From positions 1-64,000 of the forward strand of contig CAVUZH010000003.1 in the NCBI GenBank assembly GCA_963745835.1: a stretch of DNA of 64,000 nucleotides, in the 5' to 3' direction. Positions 11,703 through 21,495 of the stretch are shown one piece after another. A program made the translations under genes and the position numbers. The stretch is from an uncultured delta proteobacterium. GTDB lineage: Bacteria; Desulfobacterota; Binatia; UBA9968. Each line of letters starts with the position of its first letter. Within the stretch, counting starts at the first letter, position 1. The notes below the pieces were generated by a model, which was given only the letters and a program-made list of their open reading frames with translations, was not told the DNA's origin and did no database searches.

Positions 11703-12359
11703 ATGAAAACAGCCAGTACTCTGGTCAATCCCGGCGTAAGCTTGCACGATGAAGCGCCTTGGCAAATAGACGATGTCGATCAAACGCCTGCGTCTTCTTA
11801 CGCTCGAGACCTGAGAGTGGTAGGTCAGCTCCTCGAACGGCGCCAAATTACTAGCGCCGACTTAGTCTGCGTTGCGGATGCCTATATCATTCGTGGCATT
11901 CAGAGATTAACAGGGGATTCGCGCTTCCGTTCTTACTTCTCGCGCCGGTTCATGACGCGATTACACAAGATCCTGCATGGCGACTTTCGCCGGTCTTTGC
12001 GTTCGGGGGTTATTGATCTGCGCTATGATCTTGAGGAGATCGTTAAGTTGGACTATCTCGCTCGTTGCAAGCGCTCCAAGATCAGCCCTCTACCCGATCC
12101 GTATAGTTTGTCGCATATACTGCGAAGCGCCGGAGCTTATCTCGATGGCCGGAAAAATAGCTCGCTAATTGGAATCTCTCTTCAGGACCAGTGGGTTACT
12201 ATTCGTTTCGAGACCGCTGAAGGACATCCCGAAGAAGCGAAGCAGAGCCTCCAATATTTTTACGACTATTGGGTTAAAATGTATTTGCGTCGCGGCAGCC
12301 AAGGCCAAACGTCTGGCAGCAACTTACAACGCAACAGTTTCGTGGCAAATCGGAGCTAG
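11703..12359 (+). CDS. Hypothetical protein
   Basis: 218-aa ORF with a possible RBS (GAGGG), convergent with the ABC operon; no recognised domain. Confidence 0.7.
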   Translation: MKTASTLVNPGVSLHDEAPWQIDDVDQTPASSYARDLRVVGQLLERRQITSADLVCVADAYIIRGIQRLTGDSRFRSYFSRRFMTRLHKILHGDFRRSLRSGVIDLRYDLEEIVKLDYLARCKRSKISPLPDPYSLSHILRSAGAYLDGRKNSSLIGISLQDQWVTIRFETAEGHPEEAKQSLQYFYDYWVKMYLRRGSQGQTSGSNLQRNSFVANRS

Positions 12360-12418
12360 ACCCGATACGGAGCGCATCGACTCGCAACTTGAAGATCCGG
12401 CAATTCTTTCGCTCAAGC

Positions 12419-13387
12419 TTATTTTATCCATAGCTCGTTTACGTTTACCTTTGGCAGTAAACCCAAAGAAATTCCTGATTGTAGAATTTTATTCTGTGAT
12501 TGGAAGAACGACTCACCCCAAAGATCGGCGAAGTTTTGTCGGTTTTTTTGTATTCCTGCAGCGATCTGTTCTGGCGCGCTGAGATTGAAAAATTCTTTGG
12601 CTTTGGCTTCAAAGAAATCCTTGTCTTGGCCCGCCTTGATCATTTTAACCGCATCGACATAGGCGCCGCGAATCGCTTTCACCAGCGCTGGCTGCTTTTC
12701 GATCGTTTCCCTGAGCATGCCCACTGATGATTTTAACGGCGGCGCGCCGAACAGTTTTTCCAGCTCCTCGTCGAAATCGAGCAGTACCCGATATTTGTCC
12801 GAAAGTACCAGCCGCGTCGTATGCGGTTCGAACATGTTGATTGCTTCCACTTCACCGCGCTCCAATAAGGCGATCAGAGCGCCAGTCTCGGCCGGAATAC
12901 TCTGGAAGTCCTTTTCGATATCGAGCTTTTTCTCTTTGGCGATCACAGCCGAGAAGAAATAGGCTCCGGTCACCCGCGCAAAATTTCCGATTTTTTTTCC
13001 TTTGAGATCCGCAAGAGACTTATAGAGCGAATCTTTTTTGACCAGCCAGGAATTGCCTGACCAAATCTGTGGCGCAATCAGCCGTATATCGGTGCCGCTC
13101 CTGAGGAGATTGACCGCAGTGCTCGGTTGCATCGCGCTAGCGGTTGCTCGTCCTAGCTTCAGTGCGTTGGCTGCTTCCGTAAAGTCCATCATAAGATTGT
13201 TGATCTTTAACCCATGTTTGGCGCCGATGCCCTTAGCATCGATGAGTGCCGCGATATACCCAGACTGACCCGCGGCAGCGGTTGCGATGTTGACCGTCTG
13301 AAGCGACTGGGCCTCGACCGGCGGATGAGAAAATGAGCCTATCGCAATAATGATTGCGATGGAAGAAATGACAATTGACAGATTCAT
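12419..13387 (-). CDS. NitT/TauT (SsuA/NMT1-like) ABC substrate-binding protein
   Basis: Signal peptide; SLADLKGKKIG; ALLERGEVEA...FEP. Confidence 0.88.
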   Translation of the reverse strand: MNLSIVISSIAIIIAIGSFSHPPVEAQSLQTVNIATAAAGQSGYIAALIDAKGIGAKHGLKINNLMMDFTEAANALKLGRATASAMQPSTAVNLLRSGTDIRLIAPQIWSGNSWLVKKDSLYKSLADLKGKKIGNFARVTGAYFFSAVIAKEKKLDIEKDFQSIPAETGALIALLERGEVEAINMFEPHTTRLVLSDKYRVLLDFDEELEKLFGAPPLKSSVGMLRETIEKQPALVKAIRGAYVDAVKMIKAGQDKDFFEAKAKEFFNLSAPEQIAAGIQKNRQNFADLWGESFFQSQNKILQSGISLGLLPKVNVNELWIK

Positions 13388-14148
13388 AGTTCGCTCTCCT
13401 CTTTGAAAATAACTTTGGCTTCCAATTCAGCGGCAAACTGGTAGATCTCCGGACTCCAGTTTCGCGGCGTGGGCAGGGGATTGGTGACGTATTCCGCCAT
13501 TCGCGCCGGACGGGTTGTGAGCGTCACGACGTAATCGCTCATATAAGCGGCCTCAGGCAGGTTGTGAGTGACAAAAAGAACTGTGCGATGAAGTTTTTCG
13601 CAGAGCCGTCGTGTGGTTTGCCGCAATTGCCTTGCCGTCAGCTCATCGACACTCGCGAACGGTTCATCCATCAACACCAGCTCGGATTCGATCGCCAAAG
13701 CTCGCGCAAGCCCTACACGCTGCCGTTGTCCTCCCGAAAGATAGAGCGGAAATTGGCCAGCGTATTCTCCAAGGCCGACCAGATCCAAATACCGCTCCAC
13801 TCGCTCCTGCCACTCGCCTCGGTCGATACCGGCCCCTTGCAAGGCCAGCTTGAGATTATCACCAACGGTTTTCCATGGAAGCAGTCTAGGGCTTTGAAAC
13901 ACATAACCAATGAGCGGACGACCTTGCAAATGAACAGCGTCCTTTGCAAATGCCAGTTCACCTCGGTCTAGGCGTTCGAGCCCGACAATGGCGTTCAAGA
14001 GCGTCGATTTGCCGCAGCCGGAAGGTCCCACCACCACGGTGACGCAACCTTCGAGCGCCTCAAACGAAAGACGATCGAGAATCTTTAGCGGCTGCCCGTC
14101 CTCGCGCCGAAACCACTTTTCCACATCGCGAACGATCAACCGAGCCAA
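13384..14148 (-). CDS. NitT/TauT ABC ATP-binding protein
   Basis: GPSGCGKST, LSGGQRQR, LMDEPF, FVTH. Confidence 0.93.
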   Translation of the reverse strand: MARLIVRDVEKWFRREDGQPLKILDRLSFEALEGCVTVVVGPSGCGKSTLLNAIVGLERLDRGELAFAKDAVHLQGRPLIGYVFQSPRLLPWKTVGDNLKLALQGAGIDRGEWQERVERYLDLVGLGEYAGQFPLYLSGGQRQRVGLARALAIESELVLMDEPFASVDELTARQLRQTTRRLCEKLHRTVLFVTHNLPEAAYMSDYVVTLTTRPARMAEYVTNPLPTPRNWSPEIYQFAAELEAKVIFKEESEL

Positions 14149-14937
14149 TCAACGTCTCCAAACGTCGACCTTTGGCCGCCACGCCGTCAGGCGCCGCTCG
14201 GCCAGGTTGATGATGCCATATTCAATAATGATCATGGCGGCGACAAAAGTAAGCGTCCAGGCGATCACCCCTTCCATATTGAAGACTTGATAGGACTTCA
14301 TCACTTGATAGCCGACGCCGTTGCTGGTGCCGAACATTTCCACGACTACCACAACTTTCCACGCCAAACCTAGGCCATAGCGCGTTGCCGCAAAGATGTT
14401 GGGCACGAGCTGAGGGATGATCACCTGAGAGATCTTCATCCACGGAGTGAAACGAAACACATGGCTCATGTCGATTAATTCTTTATCGAGCGACTTAACG
14501 CCGGCCCAAATATTTATTACCAGCATGGGAAACGTGGTGACCGCCACTGCAAAGTAGGAAGCTATCTCGTTGATGCCAAAGAGCATGACCGCGATGAGCG
14601 CCCACATCAAACCGGGAATCGTGAGTCCCAAGACCACCAGCGGTTGGAAAAAACGCTCGCCCATGAGAACGGTACCCATGTATATACCGATAGCGATGCT
14701 AAAGATCATAGCGACTGCGGCACCGACAAAAACCCGTCGCAGGCTCTGCAGCATGTGGAAAAAGAAAGTGCCATCAGACAACAAGCGAATCGCTTCGTTA
14801 AAGGTGCTTACCGGCCCAGGCAGTAAGCGAGGAAAAATAAGATACAACCCCCACCATAAGGCGAGCACACAACCAATCGCTAAAATCGGTGGCAGCATTC
14901 TCCCGGCTAGTTCCCGCCCGAAGGACTGGCCAGCCAT
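14149..14937 (-). CDS. NitT/TauT ABC permease
   Basis: Six-TM pattern, SLRRVFVG, EAA-like loop, AWKVVVVVEMFG. Confidence 0.9.
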   Translation of the reverse strand: MAGQSFGRELAGRMLPPILAIGCVLALWWGLYLIFPRLLPGPVSTFNEAIRLLSDGTFFFHMLQSLRRVFVGAAVAMIFSIAIGIYMGTVLMGERFFQPLVVLGLTIPGLMWALIAVMLFGINEIASYFAVAVTTFPMLVINIWAGVKSLDKELIDMSHVFRFTPWMKISQVIIPQLVPNIFAATRYGLGLAWKVVVVVEMFGTSNGVGYQVMKSYQVFNMEGVIAWTLTFVAAMIIIEYGIINLAERRLTAWRPKVDVWRR

Positions 14938-15287
14938 TGGAATCTCCTGGGATTGCGGTTGATTCCTGTCGAGGAGTTGATAGCGAAGAGCTGGCTTCAG
15001 ATCGCGTTTCCATGCTCTTCCGATTCAAGCAATAAGAATTGGACGATGTCAAACGGTTCCGACGAGTTCCAGCGAAGCGAGAGTCTCGACTGACTTTCGG
15101 ACGCCTTCCAATGATATGCACTGAATGTGCGGAGCGCCGGAGAGGCTCCGCGAAATGTCCGGGTGACCGCAGCGAAACGCTCGTGGGATTTTCCAGCCCC
15201 AAGTGCTTTGGTGGGATGTGATCTCAGCCGAGTTTGAGCGATAAGGATGTTGATTTACATCGCTTCGCTAAACCGGTCGTTATCTCA

Positions 15288-15896
15288 TCATTGGTAGTTT
15301 GGATCCGAGCGCAAATCAGGGAGATTCCTGCAACGCGCGGAAATGTCCTCTACAGCGCCATAACGAAGTCTGGTGAGGCCGTCCCACCCCAGAGCTGGAA
15401 CCAGCAGGAACAAATCAGAAAACACGTTTTCGCAGATCGTTGGCAGTTGCGGGCCGCCGAGCTCGGCGATGATGTTGGGGATCGTGATGTGTCCGACGAC
15501 TAAAACTGCATCATCCTTAAGTCGCCGTAAAGCATTGGCCGTCGCTTGGAAATACCCATGAGGTGGATCGGCCGTAGGGATCACTTGTGGAGTAATCTTC
15601 AGCAGGTCGGCTAAGGGTTGCGCGGTGTCTTTGGCCCGTGTCCATTGTGAGGTGATGATTGCGGTAATCCCGGCGTCGCGCAGGGTGTCGGCTAACGCCT
15701 TTGCTCTTTCTTTGCCGTCCGCCGTCAATGGAGGATCCTCTCGTGAATCGTTGAAACGTTCAGCGTGTCGCACCAGAAAGACTCGCTGGGTCGGATTGTA
15801 CAGTGACGAACCGTCAGTCGATTGCATTATTGCGCATCCGATTAACGATCCGGCGAGAACGGGCATCAGAACGAAATATCTCAAAAAGTAACTCAT
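15288..15896 (-). CDS. Histidine phosphatase family protein, probable lipoprotein
   Basis: LVRHAE motif, LTADGKERA, RAKDTA, VVGH; lipobox-like LIGC. Confidence 0.85.
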   Translation of the reverse strand: MSYFLRYFVLMPVLAGSLIGCAIMQSTDGSSLYNPTQRVFLVRHAERFNDSREDPPLTADGKERAKALADTLRDAGITAIITSQWTRAKDTAQPLADLLKITPQVIPTADPPHGYFQATANALRRLKDDAVLVVGHITIPNIIAELGGPQLPTICENVFSDLFLLVPALGWDGLTRLRYGAVEDISARCRNLPDLRSDPNYQ

Positions 15897-16167
15897 CTAT
15901 GATTCTTCTGCTGGTAGGGCTTGACAGGCGATGAGACTATGCACGGTGAGTCGGTGTTGAGAATGATCACGGCGCTCGTGTCCAATGCTGGGCACCGGCG
16001 ATTCGATCGTGACTCTTCTCAGGCCGCGCTGCCTTCTGTTAGCTCTGGTCGAGCCCAGCAAGGATGCCCCTCTGACCGTCCATGCCAGTTGCTCGAGTAT
16101 CCATGAAGAGGCAGACGATGATTTCCACAATCCATAAGGATTTTAGAATCACTCGGGTGCTCGGTTC

Positions 16168-16425
16168 TCAGCCACGTCCATTGCCGCCCCACAGATGGCC
16201 GTCGACCCAAAGCTTGGCCAATTCCAGAGCATAGGCGTCGGCGCCCCGCTTTGAATCGAACGTGGCGCGCCTGCGGCCGAAAATCGGAATTCGCTTTGCT
16301 TTACCGGCATCGGTGATGACAATCATCGCCTGAGCCACCCATTCTCCAGAATTTGTCACTTCGGAGAGGAGTTCTATTCTGTGGTCCCGATAATTCTTGG
16401 TCCGCATGGAAATATTGTAGTGCAC
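16168..16425 (-). CDS. Small hypothetical protein
   Basis: 85-aa ORF with globular beta/alpha composition (YRDHRIELL...FDSKRGADAYALELAKLWVD). Confidence 0.6.
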   Translation of the reverse strand: MHYNISMRTKNYRDHRIELLSEVTNSGEWVAQAMIVITDAGKAKRIPIFGRRRATFDSKRGADAYALELAKLWVDGHLWGGNGRG

Positions 16426-16479
16426 TTGGTCAGCTCGGGCATGGCCTCGAGTTGCTCAAGTTCGATATTGTTTCAAGTA

Positions 16480-17313
16480 TTAGACGCTTGGCTTGCCACC
16501 GCCGCTTAAGCGAATACCGAGTTCGGCCAATTCCTCGGTGACTGGAATGTCTGCCCCTAGAGCTTTGCCAACGTCAGCCGCCAAAGGGAGGTCCTTGTCG
16601 TAAAGGTTAGCGCCGGAGTTGAATTTCAGTTCGGGTCCCGAGAGGTCGAATCTGTTCTCCCAGCGATTTAGAAACGGTTCGGATTGGGTCTTCTTCATCA
16701 ACTCCAACGCCGCGCGATAATCGATACCCGCGGCCTTGCCGATCTGAATTGCCTCATAAATGATCAACGCTTCCGAGGCTGTGACCAGATTCTTAATTAG
16801 TTTCGTCACGTTGCCAGAGCCCAAGGGACCCATATAGACAGCATCTTTACCCATGCTCAGCAGATGCGGTTTGGCGCGATTGAATAGGGCCTTTTGGCCG
16901 CCGACCAGAAACGTTAATCCGCCGTCTCGCGCTACACTGGGAACTCCAGTCATGCAGGCATCGATCACGTAAACGCGTTTATCCGCTGCAGCCTGGGCGA
17001 CTTGCTTCGTGGTGGTAGGACGAATCGTGCTGTGTAGCAGCACCAACGTGCCCGGCGAGGCTCCTTCGAAAATACCTCCATCGCCGAGCGTGCAATCGAG
17101 CACTTCCTGGTCGGTACGAACGACCACGTCGATCAGAGTCGATCTTTGGGCGACCGCTTTTGCCGATGCGGCAGCCTCAGCGCCCACTGCTTCTGCTCGC
17201 GCGAGGGCATCGGGAACGAGATCGAATGCAGTCGCGGATATCCGCGCTAGCCGTAACCGCGACAGCAGTGCCGTTCCCATGGCTCCGGTACCTACGAAAC
17301 CGATTGTTTCCAT
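16480..17313 (-). CDS. NAD(P)-dependent oxidoreductase, 3-hydroxyisobutyrate dehydrogenase family
   Basis: IGFVGTGAMG, HSTIRP, GSGNVTKLIKN, DKDL. Confidence 0.9.
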   Translation of the reverse strand: METIGFVGTGAMGTALLSRLRLARISATAFDLVPDALARAEAVGAEAAASAKAVAQRSTLIDVVVRTDQEVLDCTLGDGGIFEGASPGTLVLLHSTIRPTTTKQVAQAAADKRVYVIDACMTGVPSVARDGGLTFLVGGQKALFNRAKPHLLSMGKDAVYMGPLGSGNVTKLIKNLVTASEALIIYEAIQIGKAAGIDYRAALELMKKTQSEPFLNRWENRFDLSGPELKFNSGANLYDKDLPLAADVGKALGADIPVTEELAELGIRLSGGGKPSV

Positions 17314-17758
17314 CGTATCTCCTTACGTGGCTTGCTGAGCTGGCAACATCTCTTGCGATTGTCTCTACAGATTCGCTGGTACGGTATTCCGGTGACATTT
17401 AGCAAATGCCCCAGCGCTCTTTGTCATATCATCAAACGATCGTTGAGGGATTCCGGCACGACGGCATCTACTTTTCTAATGCTGCATCGCCGGACAAGTT
17501 CTGTTGAGCATGCTCTTCCGCTGGAAATGTACTGTCGGTGGAAATGCAAAAACTCGCGACTGCCGCTTCAGAGCTGGGTTTGCTGTTACCATAGGGCGCT
17601 GTTCGGTCAAACGCAAAGCCCTCTTATCTTAGAAGCCACTGAACGAGGGTATTTCGGATTAGTGGATGGTGCCGGCCGAGAGTTTTACGTCATGACGGAT
17701 TGCGTGCCGCCCAACGCCACAAGAACGCATTTTACGGCGGGTTAATCCCAATCAGCTT

Positions 17759-18277
17759 TCAGCGATTGAGTTGTTGTTGTCGCAGCCGATTGAGATCCTG
17801 CTGTACTTGATTTCCCCGTAATTGGTTGCGCAGATGATCAATTTGCCTCTCGCGCTGAAGTTGATCGATCCGTTGTTGTTGGCGCAACTGGTCCTGCTCG
17901 CTTTGAACCCGATCGATCTGCCTCTCGTTCTGCAGCCGCTGTAACTGATGCTCAACCTGCTGCTGATCCAATTGTTGCTGGACCTGGGAGGAATCTTGCT
18001 TCCTTTGAGTATCGGAGCGCGGCGCCTGCCGCCGTATTCGATCTAGCTCTTGCTGTTGCTCGTTGATCTTTTGATCTCGTTGCAGTTGTTTGATCTGCTC
18101 TTGACGGCGCAACTCTTCAAGCCGTTGCTGCTGACGGGCCTTGGACTGCTCCTGGCGGATCTCATCAGTCACATCCTGAGCCGCGGCAAAGTTGAAAAGC
18201 GGCAGAAAACCAATTGTTAAGATGCCAATGGCAAGTGCCGCCACATGGCGCCCGAACACCGCTCTTTTTATCTCCAT
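17759..18277 (-). CDS. Secreted Gln/Arg-rich coiled-coil protein
   Basis: Signal peptide ending AAAQ, then Q-rich helical repeats. Confidence 0.75.
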   Translation of the reverse strand: MEIKRAVFGRHVAALAIGILTIGFLPLFNFAAAQDVTDEIRQEQSKARQQQRLEELRRQEQIKQLQRDQKINEQQQELDRIRRQAPRSDTQRKQDSSQVQQQLDQQQVEHQLQRLQNERQIDRVQSEQDQLRQQQRIDQLQRERQIDHLRNQLRGNQVQQDLNRLRQQQLNR

Positions 18278-18392
18278 AATAACTTAAGTATAACACTCCA
18301 GCCCATAGCGTTGTAGAGCGCGCCGCATTGACTTCATCGATCGCTTTGATAGTAACGGAACAAATTCGCTGTCAACGAAGGAGGCAAATCTC

Positions 18393-19061
18393 ATGGGACA
18401 AATGATTACGTTCAAGCGACCCGACGGCGCCGAGTGCAAAGGTTATCTTGCTGGCCCGGCCGGCAACGATAACGCGCCGGGCTTGGTGGTTATCCAAGAA
18501 TGGTGGGGACTCAATGATCAGATCAAGGCGGTCGCCGACCGTTGCGCGACGCAAGGATATCGCGCGTTGGTTCCGGACCTCTACAAAGGTAAGGTGACGC
18601 TGGACGCTGCCGAAGCGAAACATTTAATGACTAACCTCAATTTTGCCGATGCCGCTGGGCAAGACATCCGGGGCGCAGCTCAACATCTAAAGCAGTCCAG
18701 TAAAAAGGTCGGTGTCGTAGGTTTCTGCATGGGCGGCGCTTTGACCGTGCTGGCGGCGGTTTTCGTTAGTGAAGCGGATGCAGCCTCATCCTGGTACGGC
18801 TTTCCTCCGGAAGGAGCAGCGGATGTAACCAAGATCAGAATTCCTTTGCAACTCCACTTGGCGGAAAAGGACGCGTCTTTTACGCCGGAAGCGGCGCGTG
18901 CGCTCGAAGCCAAACTGAAGGGAGCTAACGTCCCGTTCGAGTCCTACTGGTATGATGCCGGCCATGCCTTTGGTAACGAGAAAGGCCAGAACTATAATAA
19001 AGAGGCCGCCGATCTCGCTTGGCAGCGCACTACGCAATTTTTTGAAAAACATCTGAAGTGA
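18393..19061 (+). CDS. Dienelactone hydrolase family protein
   Basis: QEWWGLN, GFCMGG nucleophile motif, AGHAF. Confidence 0.93.
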   Translation: MGQMITFKRPDGAECKGYLAGPAGNDNAPGLVVIQEWWGLNDQIKAVADRCATQGYRALVPDLYKGKVTLDAAEAKHLMTNLNFADAAGQDIRGAAQHLKQSSKKVGVVGFCMGGALTVLAAVFVSEADAASSWYGFPPEGAADVTKIRIPLQLHLAEKDASFTPEAARALEAKLKGANVPFESYWYDAGHAFGNEKGQNYNKEAADLAWQRTTQFFEKHLK

Positions 19062-19095
19062 TCGTCTGAGGCCGCAGCCGATTTCTCGAGTCATG

Positions 19096-20112
19096 CTAGT
19101 CGATACTGTGCAGCTCAGGCATGACGTGGCGTGTGAAGAATTCCAGAGAACGTAGTATTTCGCTGAGAGATAGATCGCCGAATGCAAATTGACCGACGAC
19201 ATAGTTAGCGCCGGACTCCGTCATCTGCGCCTTGAGAAACTCGGTTACAGTGTTTGGGCTACCGGCAATACCTTGACCTATTTTTATAAGGGTCTCTAAA
19301 TCCGCAGGGCGTTGGTGGACCGGCCCTTTGCCGCCGCGCAAGTTGAAAAGATAGTTGAAACTGCGGTGCCATTTCGGATACGCCCGGCGCGCAATATGGA
19401 TTGCTTCTTCGTCAGTGGCGGCAATCACGATAAAACGGCCGAGGCCGATCATCGGTTTGCTGGTTTCTACCCTTTCGGTGTCGTGCCAGACTTGGCGAAA
19501 CCGATCTGTAAACGTCCGTGTCTTATCGGCCGGATCCAGACTGACAATGTTGAGCCGCTGGCGCGCCGCGCGTTCGGCGCTTACCGTCGAGTGAACCCCG
19601 TACCAGACCGGTGGATGCGGCTTCTGCAGTGGTTCGAGCTCCATCGGCACATCATCAAATGAATAAAACTGGCCATGGAAGTCGAGGCTCTTCTGCGTAA
19701 GCCCACGCATGATCAGCTCTAACCCTTCGACATACATGAGCTCGGCTTTCGCCGGATCGTTGCCGTACATGGCGGATTCGATTTGCGAAGCGCCGCGGCC
19801 AAAGCCGATGTCGAGACGGCCGCCGCTCATCTGATCGAGCATGCAAATCTCTTCGATCAAACGCATCGGGTGGTAAAGCGGCAGGGCGTAGACCAACGGA
19901 CCGAAGCGAAGCCGGCGGGTTCGCTGCGCGACAGCCGATAGAAAAACACTTGGCGAAGGCGCCATGCCGAGCGGCGTAGAATGATGCTCGGCGACATGGT
20001 AAGCGTAAAAACCCGCCTCGTCGTACGCTTCGGCCAGCTTGAGGCGTCCTTCGTAATATTCCTGGAGGGGTAGGTTGTTGCGGTCTAGATGATCAAAAAC
20101 ACCGAATTGCAT
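19096..20112 (-). CDS. LLM class flavin-dependent oxidoreductase
   Basis: AEHHSTPLG, LDQMSGGRLDIGFGRG, PLQKPHPPVW. Confidence 0.93.
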   Translation of the reverse strand: MQFGVFDHLDRNNLPLQEYYEGRLKLAEAYDEAGFYAYHVAEHHSTPLGMAPSPSVFLSAVAQRTRRLRFGPLVYALPLYHPMRLIEEICMLDQMSGGRLDIGFGRGASQIESAMYGNDPAKAELMYVEGLELIMRGLTQKSLDFHGQFYSFDDVPMELEPLQKPHPPVWYGVHSTVSAERAARQRLNIVSLDPADKTRTFTDRFRQVWHDTERVETSKPMIGLGRFIVIAATDEEAIHIARRAYPKWHRSFNYLFNLRGGKGPVHQRPADLETLIKIGQGIAGSPNTVTEFLKAQMTESGANYVVGQFAFGDLSLSEILRSLEFFTRHVMPELHSID

Positions 20113-20287
20113 TGACGCTCCGAGTCCGCCATCTGAGGACGGCGTAATTTTTACATCAAGAAAAGATTTCTGCGAATCTTATATGCTCGATTATGGGCTT
20201 ACAAGGCTAGTTATGAAGAGCCTGCGCTTGACAGTTTTTCACTCTTGGTATTTAGATTAGCGAATATCGAGAAGGGAGCGAATCCAT

Positions 20288-20482
20288 ATGGAGATGGAGA
20301 AAGCATTAGCCGGATGGCTCGGGGTAACAGTTCCGGAGCTAGTTTCGTTCATGATGAAATCGGGCATGCTATTGATGTTGTCGGGCACGATTCTCTGGAT
20401 CGCTCTTGCGGCTCATTATCCTGCGGTTCATGATACGATGCACAACTTCCGGCATGCTCTAGCCGTGGTTCCTTGTCACTGA
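20288..20482 (+). CDS. cbtB: CbtB-like cobalt transporter small subunit
   Basis: One TM followed by the His-rich C-terminus VHDTMHNFRHALAVVPCH typical of CbtB. Confidence 0.8.
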   Translation: MEMEKALAGWLGVTVPELVSFMMKSGMLLMLSGTILWIALAAHYPAVHDTMHNFRHALAVVPCH

Positions 20483-21471
20483 AGTATTTCCTAGCGCCCG
20501 CTTTTTTTATCCTCTGCATACTCGGCGGTGCTGGCGTCTCGGCGCAAGATACCAATATCTATCTTAAGACTTCGCCAATCCCAGAACGTTTGCGACCGTT
20601 TTTCGATCCGGCAACTCTTTCGCTCCTGGTCACTGGTGCGGATGGCAAGCCTGTGGCCAGCGGATGGTTAAACCTGCGGCTCGAAGCGCCGCGGCCGATT
20701 TTCTTCTCGACAGACTTTCCGTTGGCAGAAGGCAGCATTCTCACCGAGATGCGCCTGCCGCTTCGAGCAGGAAAAGCCGAGTGGAGGTATAACTTCCCGA
20801 TACGGGGCGAGTATCGCCTGTTTGTGGAGGTGCTGGCGCCGGACGGTAGCCAATCGAGTAAGATGTTCGCCATCGATGTTCGTGAGCACAGAAGTAAATG
20901 GTTAACCTTGGCGGCTTTCATCCTCGGGTTGCTTGGCGTTGGCGTCCTTGCCGGAAGGATTTTTACACGTCCCGTGAGTAAGGGGCCTGGAGCGTTGGCA
21001 GCGATTTTTTCCGCTAGCCTATTCTTCGCGTTATCATCGTCAACGGCATTTGCCCAAGCTGGGGCGGTTATGCCAATCGCGCGCCTGGAAATAGATTCGC
21101 CGTCGGCCGGGAAGCTTGCGCGGATTCGCTGGGTTTTGGACGCGGATGGTGGAAACGCCGGCCGAGGAGCATTGTTGTCGCTTGCGATAACTCACATCGA
21201 AAAGAAAATGACCGTATTTGCGGTCGATAAAATTCCCGTTGAAGGGGAGTTTTCGATGAACTTTCATTTCGTCGATGGCGCCGAGCACCGGGTTAGCGCG
21301 CGGGCGGAATTACCAGGCGGGAAAGCGATGCGTTCCGAACAAGTCGTGTCGGTCTCCGCAGTCGAACCACCAGCTTGGGCGATGCTGCCGGCGTTGGGGC
21401 TTTTTTTGACGATGATAGCCCTGGGATTGGGTGTGGGAAGATGGAGCCGCTGTCATGCGACCCCATCCTGA
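20473..21471 (+). CDS. Hypothetical membrane-anchored protein coupled to cbtB
   Basis: Overlaps the cbtB stop; signal peptide, beta-rich domain, TM, second signal-like segment, second beta domain, C-terminal TM. Confidence 0.75.
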   Translation: MSLKYFLAPAFFILCILGGAGVSAQDTNIYLKTSPIPERLRPFFDPATLSLLVTGADGKPVASGWLNLRLEAPRPIFFSTDFPLAEGSILTEMRLPLRAGKAEWRYNFPIRGEYRLFVEVLAPDGSQSSKMFAIDVREHRSKWLTLAAFILGLLGVGVLAGRIFTRPVSKGPGALAAIFSASLFFALSSSTAFAQAGAVMPIARLEIDSPSAGKLARIRWVLDADGGNAGRGALLSLAITHIEKKMTVFAVDKIPVEGEFSMNFHFVDGAEHRVSARAELPGGKAMRSEQVVSVSAVEPPAWAMLPALGLFLTMIALGLGVGRWSRCHATPS

Positions 21472-21495
21472 TTCATCGCCGTTAGGATGTTGCGT

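Noticed and set aside
15040-15230. Small hairpins upstream of the ABC permease as a possible riboswitch
   Set aside because: Only short stems (GCGGAGC/GCTCCGC, AGCG-AAA-CGCT) with no recognised aptamer consensus.
20113-20287. Cobalamin riboswitch upstream of cbtB
   Set aside because: Short spacer with no B12-box or GGGAA...GCCACTG elements.
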